Source: Pseudomonadales bacterium (GTDB lineage: Bacteria; Pseudomonadota; Gammaproteobacteria; Pseudomonadales; JAHRWD01). From it: 64,000 nt of DNA. Positions 41,237-50,023 of the stretch are shown one piece after another. The DNA lies in NCBI GenBank assembly GCA_016763075.1, contig JAESUM010000068.1:13051-77050 (forward strand), read 5' to 3'. Every line of letters begins with the position of its first letter. Position 1 is the stretch's first letter. Below the pieces are notes generated by a model. That model was not told the origin of the DNA and searched no databases. It was given only the letters and a program-made list of their open reading frames with translations. The position numbers and the translations under genes were made by a program.

Positions 41237-41505
41237 ATGAAAAATTACAAAAAGGCAAAAAGGCAAAAAGGACAGCCGTAGTTTCCGTTGGTGAATCTGT
41301 AAAACTTATCAGGGAACTTCAAGCACTCAGCCAAAATGAGTTAGCAAAATTATCAGGCATTCCCCAATCCACTATCTCTGCCATCGAAAACGACAGAATT
41401 CAGTTAGGCGTTGAACGGGCCAAAGTGCTGGCCAGGGCATTAAATTGCCACCCTGCGGTACTGGTATTTCCCACCTGGGATATTGAACAGGAATCAGCGG
41501 CATAG
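41237..41505 (+). pseudogene. XRE-family HTH antitoxin (HigA-like), start separated from the HTH body by a frameshift inside an 8-bp tandem repeat
   Basis: The ATG 41237 frame stops at TAG 41279-81 after 14 codons. The HTH frame (...VVSVGESVKLIRELQALSQNELAKLSGIPQSTISAIENDRIQLGVERAKVLARAL... to TAG 41503-05) has no ATG/GTG/TTG ahead of the HTH. Confidence 0.65.
41248..41271 (+). repeat. perfect tandem repeat CAAAAAGG x3
   Basis: Units at 41248-55, 41256-63 and 41264-71, read directly from the sequence. Confidence 0.95.
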
Positions 41506-41619
41506 ATAGATCCATATTTTGTGCCTTAAATCACAATACGTGGAAAATCGGTTCCGCTTGTTCACACGGCTAGAGCTAACAAATAACTGAGACTATAGAA
41601 GCAATAATTAATTGGACCA

Positions 41620-42264
41620 ATGAAAACTCAAGTTTTTTCGCCCTTATCTTATTTTTAGCCGCTCTATTTTTGGGTTGGGTAAGTGGCGCGTTTAAAGCAC
41701 TAAGGCGCAAGCCTGACTTAAAAGTAGAAGTCCTACCGGGGTCAACATTTTGTGCTTTGTTTGAAACCCTCGCAACAAGGAATGGGCGACACACGCATAG
41801 GACTGCCGTTGCACTTTATCTATCCATAACAAATGTTGGTGGCGCGCCGACTGATATCAAAACTATTCATGTAGGTTATAACTCGAAAAGTCACTTCATT
41901 CCATTTCGCTGGTTCTGACTAAAAGAGCTTACAGTTTCAAAATCCGACTTCATTATGAAGCTTGGAGAAGACCGAAAGGTTTACCCGTTCCTTGTTCAGA
42001 GAAATCAGCATACTGACAATCAAATTGATACTTATTTACTTGAAGGGAAAAAATGTAAGGGTAGTTTGTTTCGAACAAGAAGAATCTTGGGGCAACTATT
42101 TACCCAAGACCCGCGATAATAAAATGAAGATTAAAATCAAAGTGTTGGATATGCACGGCAACCGTTATTTTTATACGTCGGTAATTAATAAGGTAACCAT
42201 TGATGCCGCTAAAGAAGTTAGTGCGAAGTTTGGTGAGACAAGAGAGTCACTGAGTAAAGCCTAA
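41620..42264 (+). pseudogene. membrane-anchored protein of unknown function, disrupted three times
   Basis: ATG 41620 (MKTQVF) shifts -1 in the T6 run 41633-38 into FALILFLAALFLGWVSGAF... (track ORF 41670-41918). In-frame TGA at 41916-18. A +1 shift in the A6 run 42048-53 leads into ...NVRVVCFEQEESWGNYLP...SLSKA (track ORF 41962-42264). Confidence 0.5.
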
Positions 42265-42389
42265 AGCCCTAACAAATCAATCACCAAATTCAGCAACCCT
42301 TTCCTCAAGCACAGCCTTTACCGCTTACTTCTGATTTCCTTTTCCCATTACGTTGCCTTGTATTTCCGACTCCATCAATAATCCTGCTT

Positions 42390-43114
42390 CTACCGATAAA
42401 TAATTTGCGGCACTAAATAACCGTTTATTACCCCGAATTGCATCGGGGTTTTTGTGGCTATTTCTTTAGCGGTTTCAAATGTGGCGGCAAGTGGGTTTTC
42501 ACTTATTCGTGTTATAAATCCATATTCCAATGCTTGTTGCGCGGTAAATATTCTACCTGTGTAGGCCAGTTCACTCACGATATCTTCACGGGCTAAATGG
42601 CGCATTAATTGTGTGCCTGCCATATCGGGCACGATACCCCATTTTATTTCCATAATTGAAAAGCGGGGCTCTGGTGCGGCGTAACGTATATCAGCCCGTA
42701 GGGCGATTTGAAAACCACTACCATAAGCAACGCCATGCACTGCTGCGATAACCGGCATGGGTAAATTGCGCCACATCCACACGGCATACTGAACGTAGTT
42801 GGCTATTCCGTGGGTTCTTGTTACTAGCGGCTCGCTGCGTTGTGGAGGTTTGTTGGCAGCGCTTTCTTGTAGGTTTTCTTCGGAATTATTATCAGCAGCC
42901 ATGTTAGAAAAACTGCTCATATCTAACCCTGCGCAAAATGCCGGCCAGTGCCAGATAACACCGCTACGCGCACTTCAGGCACATTACGCAGTCGCTCGCC
43001 AACTTCGGTTATTGCAGCGAACATTTCACCATCGAGCGCGTTCATTTTTTTGCTACGTACAAAGCGTACATCTACAATACCGTCGGTAATGCTTAGGATG
43101 ATTCGACCCTCTAT
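42390..43114 (-). pseudogene. enoyl-CoA hydratase/isomerase (crotonase) family gene with a frameshift and no canonical start
   Basis: The upstream segment IEGRIILSITDGIVDVRFVRSKKMNALDGEMF...VAVLSGTGRHF ends at TAG. One extra T (plus-strand A run 42935-38) would give HFCAGLDMSSF..., continuing into track ORF 42390-42920 (...VIAAVHGVAYGSGFQIAL). The codon at the homology start is ATA (43114-12), behind AAGGGAGAA. Confidence 0.75.
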
Positions 43115-43325
43115 GTTGTTCTCCCTTTATTTTGTTTTCAGTTTTTATGTTGATTGGTAATAAAATACCATTACCTAAATTACCAGACATCTAATTATTC
43201 ATCGGCTCCGTTTGAATATTAAACATTACATAACAGGTGTAATTTGTTATACCTCGGCCTCCAAAAATAGCCTGCATTAATATGCCGGCGAAGCATACAT
43301 AACATCAACCTTACGGAATAAAAAC

Positions 43326-44027
43326 ATGGAACGCATTTTGAATTTAAGAACACTCGCATTAACTGTAATTGTTGCTGTACTGGTAGGTTGTGCAGCCCCT
43401 CAAATATCAATGAGTACGCAAGCTCAAAGCAACATTGAGCAAATTGAGGGTGTGCTAACGATCCCTCAAAGCTCTTTAGATGTTACGGTTCAAGCTACCA
43501 ACCCAGGCAACAGTGGTTTACTTGGTGCACTCATTTTTTCAGCGATAGATTCTTCTCGAAAATCAAGCGCGGAGGAATCTGCTGTTCCAATGCTGGCCAC
43601 ACTTCGCGATTATGATTTCCGCGAAGTCATGTTGAAGGCTTCGACTGATGCATTCAGTAAAATTCAAAACGTTAAAGTAGCACTTCCATTGCAGCTTGAT
43701 AAAATAGGTAGCGAGTCTTCTTCACGAATCACGCTGGATCAGTCAACCGCTAGCGCTGTGCTTTTTTGCCATATTGGCTACCGGTATGAATCCGATGCGC
43801 TTATTGTTACTGCGAATGCGGTAATGTACCCCAAAGCGGCTTCGCTACAGCAGTACCGAAAATCACCCAGTGAATCTAACCCGCTTGCAGACGGCAATGT
43901 GATTTACCGCAAAACATTCACGTACACACGACAGAATGTCTCTTCGAATACGATGAAAGACAGCCTAAACCAGGCTGCTATTAGTCTTTCAAAGCAGATC
44001 GCGGCGGATATTAACCACGGCCGCTAA
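43326..44027 (+). CDS. lipoprotein of unknown function
   Basis: 233 aa. Signal peptide with lipobox LVG|C (MERILNLRTLALTVIVAVLVGCAAPQ). Confidence 0.6.
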   Translation: MERILNLRTLALTVIVAVLVGCAAPQISMSTQAQSNIEQIEGVLTIPQSSLDVTVQATNPGNSGLLGALIFSAIDSSRKSSAEESAVPMLATLRDYDFREVMLKASTDAFSKIQNVKVALPLQLDKIGSESSSRITLDQSTASAVLFCHIGYRYESDALIVTANAVMYPKAASLQQYRKSPSESNPLADGNVIYRKTFTYTRQNVSSNTMKDSLNQAAISLSKQIAADINHGR

Positions 44028-44058
44028 TACTAGCTTTAGGTGTTGTAAGACCATTGCC

Positions 44059-44110
44059 GGATACTTCGTGTTGAGCCTTTGTTACACGGCTGTACCAACA
44101 CGAAGCATCC
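44059..44110 (+). terminator. long hairpin terminator between the lipoprotein gene and cysQ
   Basis: GGATACTTCGTGTTG ... CAACACGAAGCATCC. 15-bp stem with one mismatch and a 22-nt loop, followed by GCAATTTTA. Confidence 0.55.
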
Positions 44111-44148
44111 GCAATTTTAGTTAGTGCCTTTCGTAAAGCTATTCAGCG

Positions 44149-45009
44149 TTACGCCTGTGGAGCCATTACCGGCTCTAAAATTTCAGACCAGCCAAAATCG
44201 GTATCACCAATCACGTAAAAAAATGGGTTTAGCATTGGCTCTTTTTGGTTGTAACGCAGCGGTTTTAGCTCGGTATCTACCAATGTTGCGCCGGCGGCTT
44301 CTACCACTGCTTGTGCGGCGGCGGTGTCCCATTCGCAGGTGAGTGCAAGGCGTGGGTAGATATCGGCTTTGCCTGCGGCTACCAGACAGATTTTTAGCGA
44401 GCTGCCCATGCTGGTCATTTCTACCGGGCCAATGTGTTGGCGCATACGGGTTAAGCAACGTTTAAGTGCATCGGCTCCGTGACGGCGGCTTCCCACTACG
44501 ATTAACGGTGTTTCTTCAGTCACTTTGGCAGGTACGCTGCGCGAGCGAATGGCCACTGGCTGACCGTCACCTTCGGTTAAATATGCGCCGCAACCATCGC
44601 CTTCGCCAGCTACACCCGTGAACAGTTGTTTTAGAACCGGCACATAAACCACCCCCAAAACCGGCACGCCATTGTCTATTAGCGCGATGTTTACGGTGAA
44701 CTCGTCGTTACGGTTGATGAACTCTTTGGTGCCGTCGAGTGGGTCTACCAACCAGTATTTTTCCCATTGGCTACGCACGGAGTATGGGATTTCGTCGGAT
44801 TCTTCTGACAACACGGGGATATCTGGGGTCAGCGCGAGTAAGCCGGCTTCTATTATTTTGTGCGCGCCGAGGTCGGCTTCGGTTAAGGGCGAGTCATCCG
44901 ATTTGTAGTCGACATCGATATCTTGTTCGCGGTTGTACACTTCAAGAATGCAGTCGCCTGCGCGTTTACTGATTTCAACTACCGGCTGGATTAGTTCGGA
45001 TAATGTCAC
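44149..45009 (-). CDS. cysQ: 3'(2'),5'-bisphosphate nucleotidase
   Basis: 286 aa, GTG start. Inositol-monophosphatase-fold motifs WLVDPLDGT and EWDTAAAQAV. Confidence 0.85.
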   Translation of the reverse strand: MTLSELIQPVVEISKRAGDCILEVYNREQDIDVDYKSDDSPLTEADLGAHKIIEAGLLALTPDIPVLSEESDEIPYSVRSQWEKYWLVDPLDGTKEFINRNDEFTVNIALIDNGVPVLGVVYVPVLKQLFTGVAGEGDGCGAYLTEGDGQPVAIRSRSVPAKVTEETPLIVVGSRRHGADALKRCLTRMRQHIGPVEMTSMGSSLKICLVAAGKADIYPRLALTCEWDTAAAQAVVEAAGATLVDTELKPLRYNQKEPMLNPFFYVIGDTDFGWSEILEPVMAPQA

Positions 45010-45107
45010 AATGAAGCTCCTGGAAAATGGGCGATCCTACTCAAGTGTCTTTTTAGGAATGCCTTTAATGGTTTAAACTGCTGTTTTTCAAACGGATAAG
45101 TGTAGCT

Positions 45108-45761
45108 GTGAAGATAGATTGGAACAATGTGGATACGGTTTTGTTAGACATGGACGGCACCCTGCTGGACCTGCATTTCGATAACCATTTTTGGCTTGAG
45201 CATTTGCCGCAACGTTATGCCGACCACAACGGCATCACCCGCGACCAAGCCTTTGAAAAAATGATTGTGCTGTTTCAGAAAACCAAAGGTAGCCTCAATT
45301 GGTACTGCTTAGATTACTGGTCCGATGCGCTGAGTATTGATATTGTCGCGCTTAAATTAGAGGTAAAACACTTGGTGCAGATTCGCCCATTTGTTACGGA
45401 GTTTCTAGTTTTTTTACAACAAAAAAACTGTAACCGTGTTTTGGCAACCAATGCTCACCGTTCTGGGCTTGAGCTCAAATTAGCGATCACAAACATTGAT
45501 AATGGGCTAGATGAAATTTACAGCTCCCACGATTTTGGTCACCCCAAAGAATCTCAATTATTTTGGCAAGCGCTGAACGATGTTCAACCCTTTGACCCTG
45601 CCCGCACCATGCTAATTGATGATAATCAGTCGGTGTTACAAAGCGCCCGAACTTATGGCATTAAACACTTGCTTAGCATTGCTCAGCCGGATAGCCAAAA
45701 ACCGCCACAACCAGACGGTGAGTTCGTGGCTGTGGAATGCTTTAATAACTTAATAACTTAA
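45108..45761 (+). CDS. yrfG: HAD-family GMP/IMP nucleotidase YrfG-like
   Basis: 217 aa. Colinear by memory with E. coli YrfG (VDTVLLDMDGTLLDL.FDN.FW, LNWYCLDYWS). The last 6 codons and the stop lie inside the 8-bp tandem array. Confidence 0.8.
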   Translation: MKIDWNNVDTVLLDMDGTLLDLHFDNHFWLEHLPQRYADHNGITRDQAFEKMIVLFQKTKGSLNWYCLDYWSDALSIDIVALKLEVKHLVQIRPFVTEFLVFLQQKNCNRVLATNAHRSGLELKLAITNIDNGLDEIYSSHDFGHPKESQLFWQALNDVQPFDPARTMLIDDNQSVLQSARTYGIKHLLSIAQPDSQKPPQPDGEFVAVECFNNLIT

Positions 45762-45812
45762 TAACTTAATAACTTAATAACTTAATAACTTAATAACTTA
45801 ATAACTTAATAA
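45743..45812. repeat. tandem repeat TAATAACT x8 plus a partial unit
   Basis: Eight perfect 8-bp units at 45743-45806, then TAATAA. Overlaps the 3' end of yrfG. Confidence 0.95.
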
Positions 45813-45866
45813 TATTTTGTCCGTACTCAGGCCTGCGCTGTTTTTTGTACTAAGCCCACTTTAACG

Positions 45867-46904
45867 TTAAAGCATTTCTTCTGCTAAAAACCGCATGGTC
45901 TCAATCGACTGTGTACCAATCATCATGGTGTCGACGTGGCGTTTTTTGCCGGCTTCTTTCCAGGGTTGTAGCTGCTCTCTAATACGTTCGCGTGGGCCAA
46001 TCAATGCAATGTCGTCAACCAGTTGGTTTGGCACTGCTGCGGCGGCCTCTTCTTTTTTTCCATCCAGATATAAATCCTGAATTTTCACAGCAGCATCTTC
46101 ATAACCCAAGCGTTTGGCGTAATCATTGTAAAAGTTTTTTTCACGTGCACCCATGCCGCCAATGTACAGGGCCATATGTTGTTTTATGGGTTCACGACAG
46201 GCTTCAAGGTCATCGCCTTCTATCACGGTTACTGAGGGTATGATGTCATAATTTTGTAATGTTTTATCCGTGGTTTTGTCAAAACCCTTTTGAATATTCG
46301 GTGCAAAAATATCGTATCTTTCTGGGTTCATCCACAATGGGAAAACGCCGTTGGCAACTTCGGCACTGGCTTCAATGCCTGCATTGGTAATAGAAGCCGT
46401 GTAGATTTTAATATTTGGATTGCCATGCAAAATACTTTTTAACGGTTTACCCAACCCAACAGATTTTTCGCCTCTATTAGGCAGCTGGTAATGATAGCCA
46501 TCAAATGTGACCGGGCCTTCGCGTTCTAAAATTTTACGAATAATGGCAATATATTCTTTGGTACGAGTCACTGGCCGTTTGTAACCAACTCCGTGCCAGC
46601 CTTCTACAACTTGAGGGCCCGATGCACCAAGGCCCATAATAAAACGGCCACCAGAAAGTGCGTCTAATGTCATGGCTGTCATCGCTGCGTTGGCAGGTGT
46701 ACGTGCAGGAATTTGCATGATTGAAGTACCCACTTTTATTTTGGTAGTCTGCGCCAAAATCCAAGCTGCTGGGGAAACCGCATCGGAGCCGTAAGCTTCG
46801 GCAGTCCAGACTGAATCAAAACCAAGGTTTTCTGCTTCTTTGATTCGTGTCATATCCATACCTATTTCACGGCCGGAATAACCTATCGATAAACCTAATT
46901 TCAT
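45867..46904 (-). CDS. luciferase-like (LLM class) flavin-dependent oxidoreductase
   Basis: Preferred start ATG 46904 (MKLGLSIGYSG...), 6 nt after GAGGG. TIM-barrel LLM signatures (FDSVWTAEAYGSD, GRFIMGLGASGP). Confidence 0.75.
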   Translation of the reverse strand: MKLGLSIGYSGREIGMDMTRIKEAENLGFDSVWTAEAYGSDAVSPAAWILAQTTKIKVGTSIMQIPARTPANAAMTAMTLDALSGGRFIMGLGASGPQVVEGWHGVGYKRPVTRTKEYIAIIRKILEREGPVTFDGYHYQLPNRGEKSVGLGKPLKSILHGNPNIKIYTASITNAGIEASAEVANGVFPLWMNPERYDIFAPNIQKGFDKTTDKTLQNYDIIPSVTVIEGDDLEACREPIKQHMALYIGGMGAREKNFYNDYAKRLGYEDAAVKIQDLYLDGKKEEAAAAVPNQLVDDIALIGPRERIREQLQPWKEAGKKRHVDTMMIGTQSIETMRFLAEEML

Positions 46905-47036
46905 AATCAACCCTCTCGTTTTATTTTGTAATTATTTTTTAACTTAAGGAGATATAAAAAAGTCTCCGCAATCAAATATATTTCGCGTATCACAGGCATA
47001 TTTATTTGCACAAAAAATTATTCCTCTAACGAACCG

Positions 47037-47333
47037 CTAAAGCCATTGCGCCCCAATCAAAACAAATAACAGATAAGAAACAAGGCTTGCCGGATACGCT
47101 TTCTCACCTAGGTCTGTGCCCATAAATTGTTGCCGTGATGAATAGATCAAAGAGCCGCCCACCAAAGTTAGCAAAAATGCAGTTGCGCCAACAGATGCTT
47201 TGCTAAGCGTTACCGGCACATCATAAAAAGGTAATACGGCTAAACACAATAACGCCGGTAGGAAGTGCAACCAACCAAAATATTCGGTGCATTTATAGAT
47301 CCATTGTTTGTTCATGGCGCGCTCAGTTGTCAT
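47037..47333 (-). CDS. small membrane protein, unknown function
   Basis: 98 aa with three predicted hydrophobic helices. No motif recognised. Confidence 0.4.
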   Translation of the reverse strand: MTTERAMNKQWIYKCTEYFGWLHFLPALLCLAVLPFYDVPVTLSKASVGATAFLLTLVGGSLIYSSRQQFMGTDLGEKAYPASLVSYLLFVLIGAQWL

Positions 47334-47384
47334 TTAGTTTTGGTATGCATTATTTTATCTATTTTGGCTTTTTTAGTGCTGGGC

Positions 47385-47927
47385 TTAAATAGAGGTTTCA
47401 ATCCATTTTCCTTGCTCTAGGCCGCTGAGTTTCCACGGCCCAATTTGATACCGTATTAACCGTAACGTAGGAAACCCAACCGCTGCGGTCATGCGTCGCA
47501 CTTGGCGGTTTTTTCCTTCGGCTATCTGTAGTTCTAACCAACTTGTGGGTATGTTTTGGCGTTTTCTGATGGGCGGGTTGCGCTCCCACAGGCTTTCTGG
47601 TTGCGAGATTATTTTTGCTTTGGCGGGCGCTGTTTTGCCATCTTTTAACATAACGCCGGTTCGCAGGTTATCGAGCGCTTTTGAATCTAACTCGCCTTCT
47701 ACTTGTGCCCAGTAGGTTTTCCACATTTTATTGCTCGGGTCGGTAATGCGTTTGTTCAGCCGCCCGTCACTGGTGAGTACCATTAGGCCTTCGCTGTCGC
47801 GGTCTAGCCTACCGGCTGCGTAAATATCCTTTATTTCAATGAAGTCTGCCAACGTTTTCCGGCCTTCTTGGTCGGTAAATTGGCTGAGCACATTAAATGG
47901 CTTATTAAATAGGATAGTTGTGGTCAT
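47385..47927 (-). CDS. rluE: 23S rRNA pseudouridine(2457) synthase
   Basis: 180 aa. Colinear by memory with the E. coli RluE core (ILFNKPFNVLSQFTD..GRKTL, AAGRLDRDSEGL, NRQVRRMTAAVGFPTLRLIRY). Confidence 0.85.
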   Translation of the reverse strand: MTTTILFNKPFNVLSQFTDQEGRKTLADFIEIKDIYAAGRLDRDSEGLMVLTSDGRLNKRITDPSNKMWKTYWAQVEGELDSKALDNLRTGVMLKDGKTAPAKAKIISQPESLWERNPPIRKRQNIPTSWLELQIAEGKNRQVRRMTAAVGFPTLRLIRYQIGPWKLSGLEQGKWIETSI

Positions 47928-48120
47928 GGATGGTCGCTAAAGGTAATAAACAAGGGGCTTGCAGGGGTCTTTTTATGGGATTTAGAAAATACCCTCTATA
48001 CTCAAGTGAACATAACGTGTGTAGATAACGTGCAGTTTATATCACCTGTTCGCATAAAATAAACTCGCTGGTGATTCTAGGCTTACGTATTTACCGTAAA
48101 TTTACAAAAGGCAGCCACTC

Positions 48121-48732
48121 ATGGCGGACCCCAGAGATACAGACGAAGAACCCAGCAAGGCCGAGCCGCTGTCAGACAGCGCGCGGATTGCCAATCTTGA
48201 AAAATCATTAAAACTACAACGAATAATCAGTGGCGCGGTTACGGTCATCGTACTGGCGATGCTAACGTTTTTTTCAGTGGGTTATTTTGCCTTAAATGGC
48301 AGGGTTACCGCGAATACGGATAGCGCGACAGAACTACAGGGCGGTGACATTGGCGCTGATCTTGACGAAAAATTTGCAGCCTACACCAAAACACTTCCCA
48401 CGCCGGATGACCTTTCAGACAAATACGCCGATAAAATCACCGCTTTTAACGAGCGGCTCCAAGGGTTAGATGTATACACCAAAAAAAGCTCAGTAGCCGA
48501 ATTGAGAGTGCTGATGCTTGACAACGAAAAAGGCAACCAGGCATTTTTGTTTGCGCTCGGTAGCGGCATGTTGAGCCTTTCAAAAATGGTGCGCGGTTCA
48601 CGCACCTGGTTTCAAGAATACGATGCGCAAATTATTAGCGCTATAAAAACTAGCAAGCTGCGTGAAAAGTCCCTCAAAAGGCTAATCAAAGCTGAAAAGA
48701 AACGCCTTGAAAAAACCGCAGGGCGGCGTTAG
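48121..48732 (+). CDS. single-pass membrane protein, unknown function
   Basis: 203 aa. Acidic N-terminus, one TM helix (IISGAVTVIVLAMLTFFSVGYF), and a Lys/Arg-rich C-terminal tail. Confidence 0.45.
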   Translation: MADPRDTDEEPSKAEPLSDSARIANLEKSLKLQRIISGAVTVIVLAMLTFFSVGYFALNGRVTANTDSATELQGGDIGADLDEKFAAYTKTLPTPDDLSDKYADKITAFNERLQGLDVYTKKSSVAELRVLMLDNEKGNQAFLFALGSGMLSLSKMVRGSRTWFQEYDAQIISAIKTSKLREKSLKRLIKAEKKRLEKTAGRR

Positions 48733-49083
48733 CCAGGCGGCTCAATACCTCACTCGTCACATCCGCTTCGGCACTTGTTATTTAAAGCGCATGCCGAAGC
48801 GCAAGGCATATACCTGCAACACGCACCCTGCATGATCCGCGACCCCTCGCAATAAGCACAAAATAAGCACGCAACAAGCCAATAACAAACCACTTTCTCG
48901 CTGCTAACATCTCGTTTCAAATTCTCACCTATTGACTGTTTTACTGTGCAATTTTTATGGCTACAAGGTCTGGCCGTTACTGAGCATAAGTGCTACGATT
49001 TTTGAAAATAATAATTAGATTCCCACTGGTAACGTTCTTCTCGTCAAAGGCATTCCACAAACCCGTTTTGAGCAATCAATTTT

Positions 49084-49992
49084 ATGATTAAGCTGGATCA
49101 AGTCAGCAAGCAGTTTGGGCCATTTAGAGCCGTAGATAACCTTAGTTTTTCGGTTAGCGCTGGAGAAGTATTGGGGTTTCTAGGCCCCAACGGAGCGGGC
49201 AAAACCACCACCATGAAAATAATCACCGGGTTCCTTGCGCCAACCTCTGGCAGCATTGAACTATTCGGCCAATCGTTGCCCAAAGATGGCCTTAAAGCGA
49301 AAGAGATGATCGGTTATTTACCCGAAGGCGCACCTGCCTGGGGCGATATGAGCGTATGCGGTTTTTTACGTTTCATTGCAGAACTACGCGGTTACAAAGG
49401 TGCGCAACGCGATGAACGAGTCGCTCAAGTTGTTGAGTCTTTAGAGCTTACACAAGTATTCGAGCGCACTATTGAGACGCTCTCAAAGGGTTTTAAACGC
49501 CGCGTTGGTTTGGCCCAAGCACTGATACATGACCCGAAAATCCTAATACTCGATGAACCCACCGATGGCCTCGACCCAAACCAAAAATTTAAGGTTAGGG
49601 AGCTGATTCGTAACTTATCGAAAGACAAAATTGTGATCATCTCTACCCATATATTGGAAGAGGTGAACGCGCTATGCAGCCGCGTCATTATGATTGCAGA
49701 CGGTAAATTGGTAAGCGATGCCACTCCCGCCGAACTCGAGGCGCAATCTGATTATCATCAGGCAGTTACCGTTCGCTTTAGCAGCGCCATTGACCCACAA
49801 CAAAAACTACAACAGCTCAGTAATGTTACCCGCATAGAAGCCGCCGATGGCTGTTTTACGCTTTTAAGCACCCCCGGAAACAGCGTTCTTGAAGACGTTA
49901 AACAACTGGCTGAACAAGAAAACTGGGACATTGCAGAGCTGTATATCGAAAAGGGCCGGCTCGACGACGTGTTCCGTAAATTAACTACCTGA
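49084..49992 (+). CDS. ABC transporter ATP-binding protein (GldA-like, ABC-2 type)
   Basis: 302 aa. Walker A GPNGAGKTT, signature LSKGFKRR, Walker B LILDEPT. Confidence 0.85.
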   Translation: MIKLDQVSKQFGPFRAVDNLSFSVSAGEVLGFLGPNGAGKTTTMKIITGFLAPTSGSIELFGQSLPKDGLKAKEMIGYLPEGAPAWGDMSVCGFLRFIAELRGYKGAQRDERVAQVVESLELTQVFERTIETLSKGFKRRVGLAQALIHDPKILILDEPTDGLDPNQKFKVRELIRNLSKDKIVIISTHILEEVNALCSRVIMIADGKLVSDATPAELEAQSDYHQAVTVRFSSAIDPQQKLQQLSNVTRIEAADGCFTLLSTPGNSVLEDVKQLAEQENWDIAELYIEKGRLDDVFRKLTT

Positions 49993-50023
49993 ACCGCACC
50001 TACCCACCGTATCCACAACCACT

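Noticed and set aside
45743-45812. CRISPR array
   Set aside because: The units are 8 bp and directly abutting, with no spacers. This is a microsatellite-type tandem repeat, and there are no cas genes in the window.
48764-48801. Hairpin CGCTTCGGCA-18 nt-TGCCGAAGCG, and the CA-rich tract (48860-48900) after the unknown gene, as an sRNA or Crc/Hfq-binding element
   Set aside because: There is no T tract after the hairpin, only one exact AAnAAnAA motif, and no promoter evidence. It is insufficient to call.
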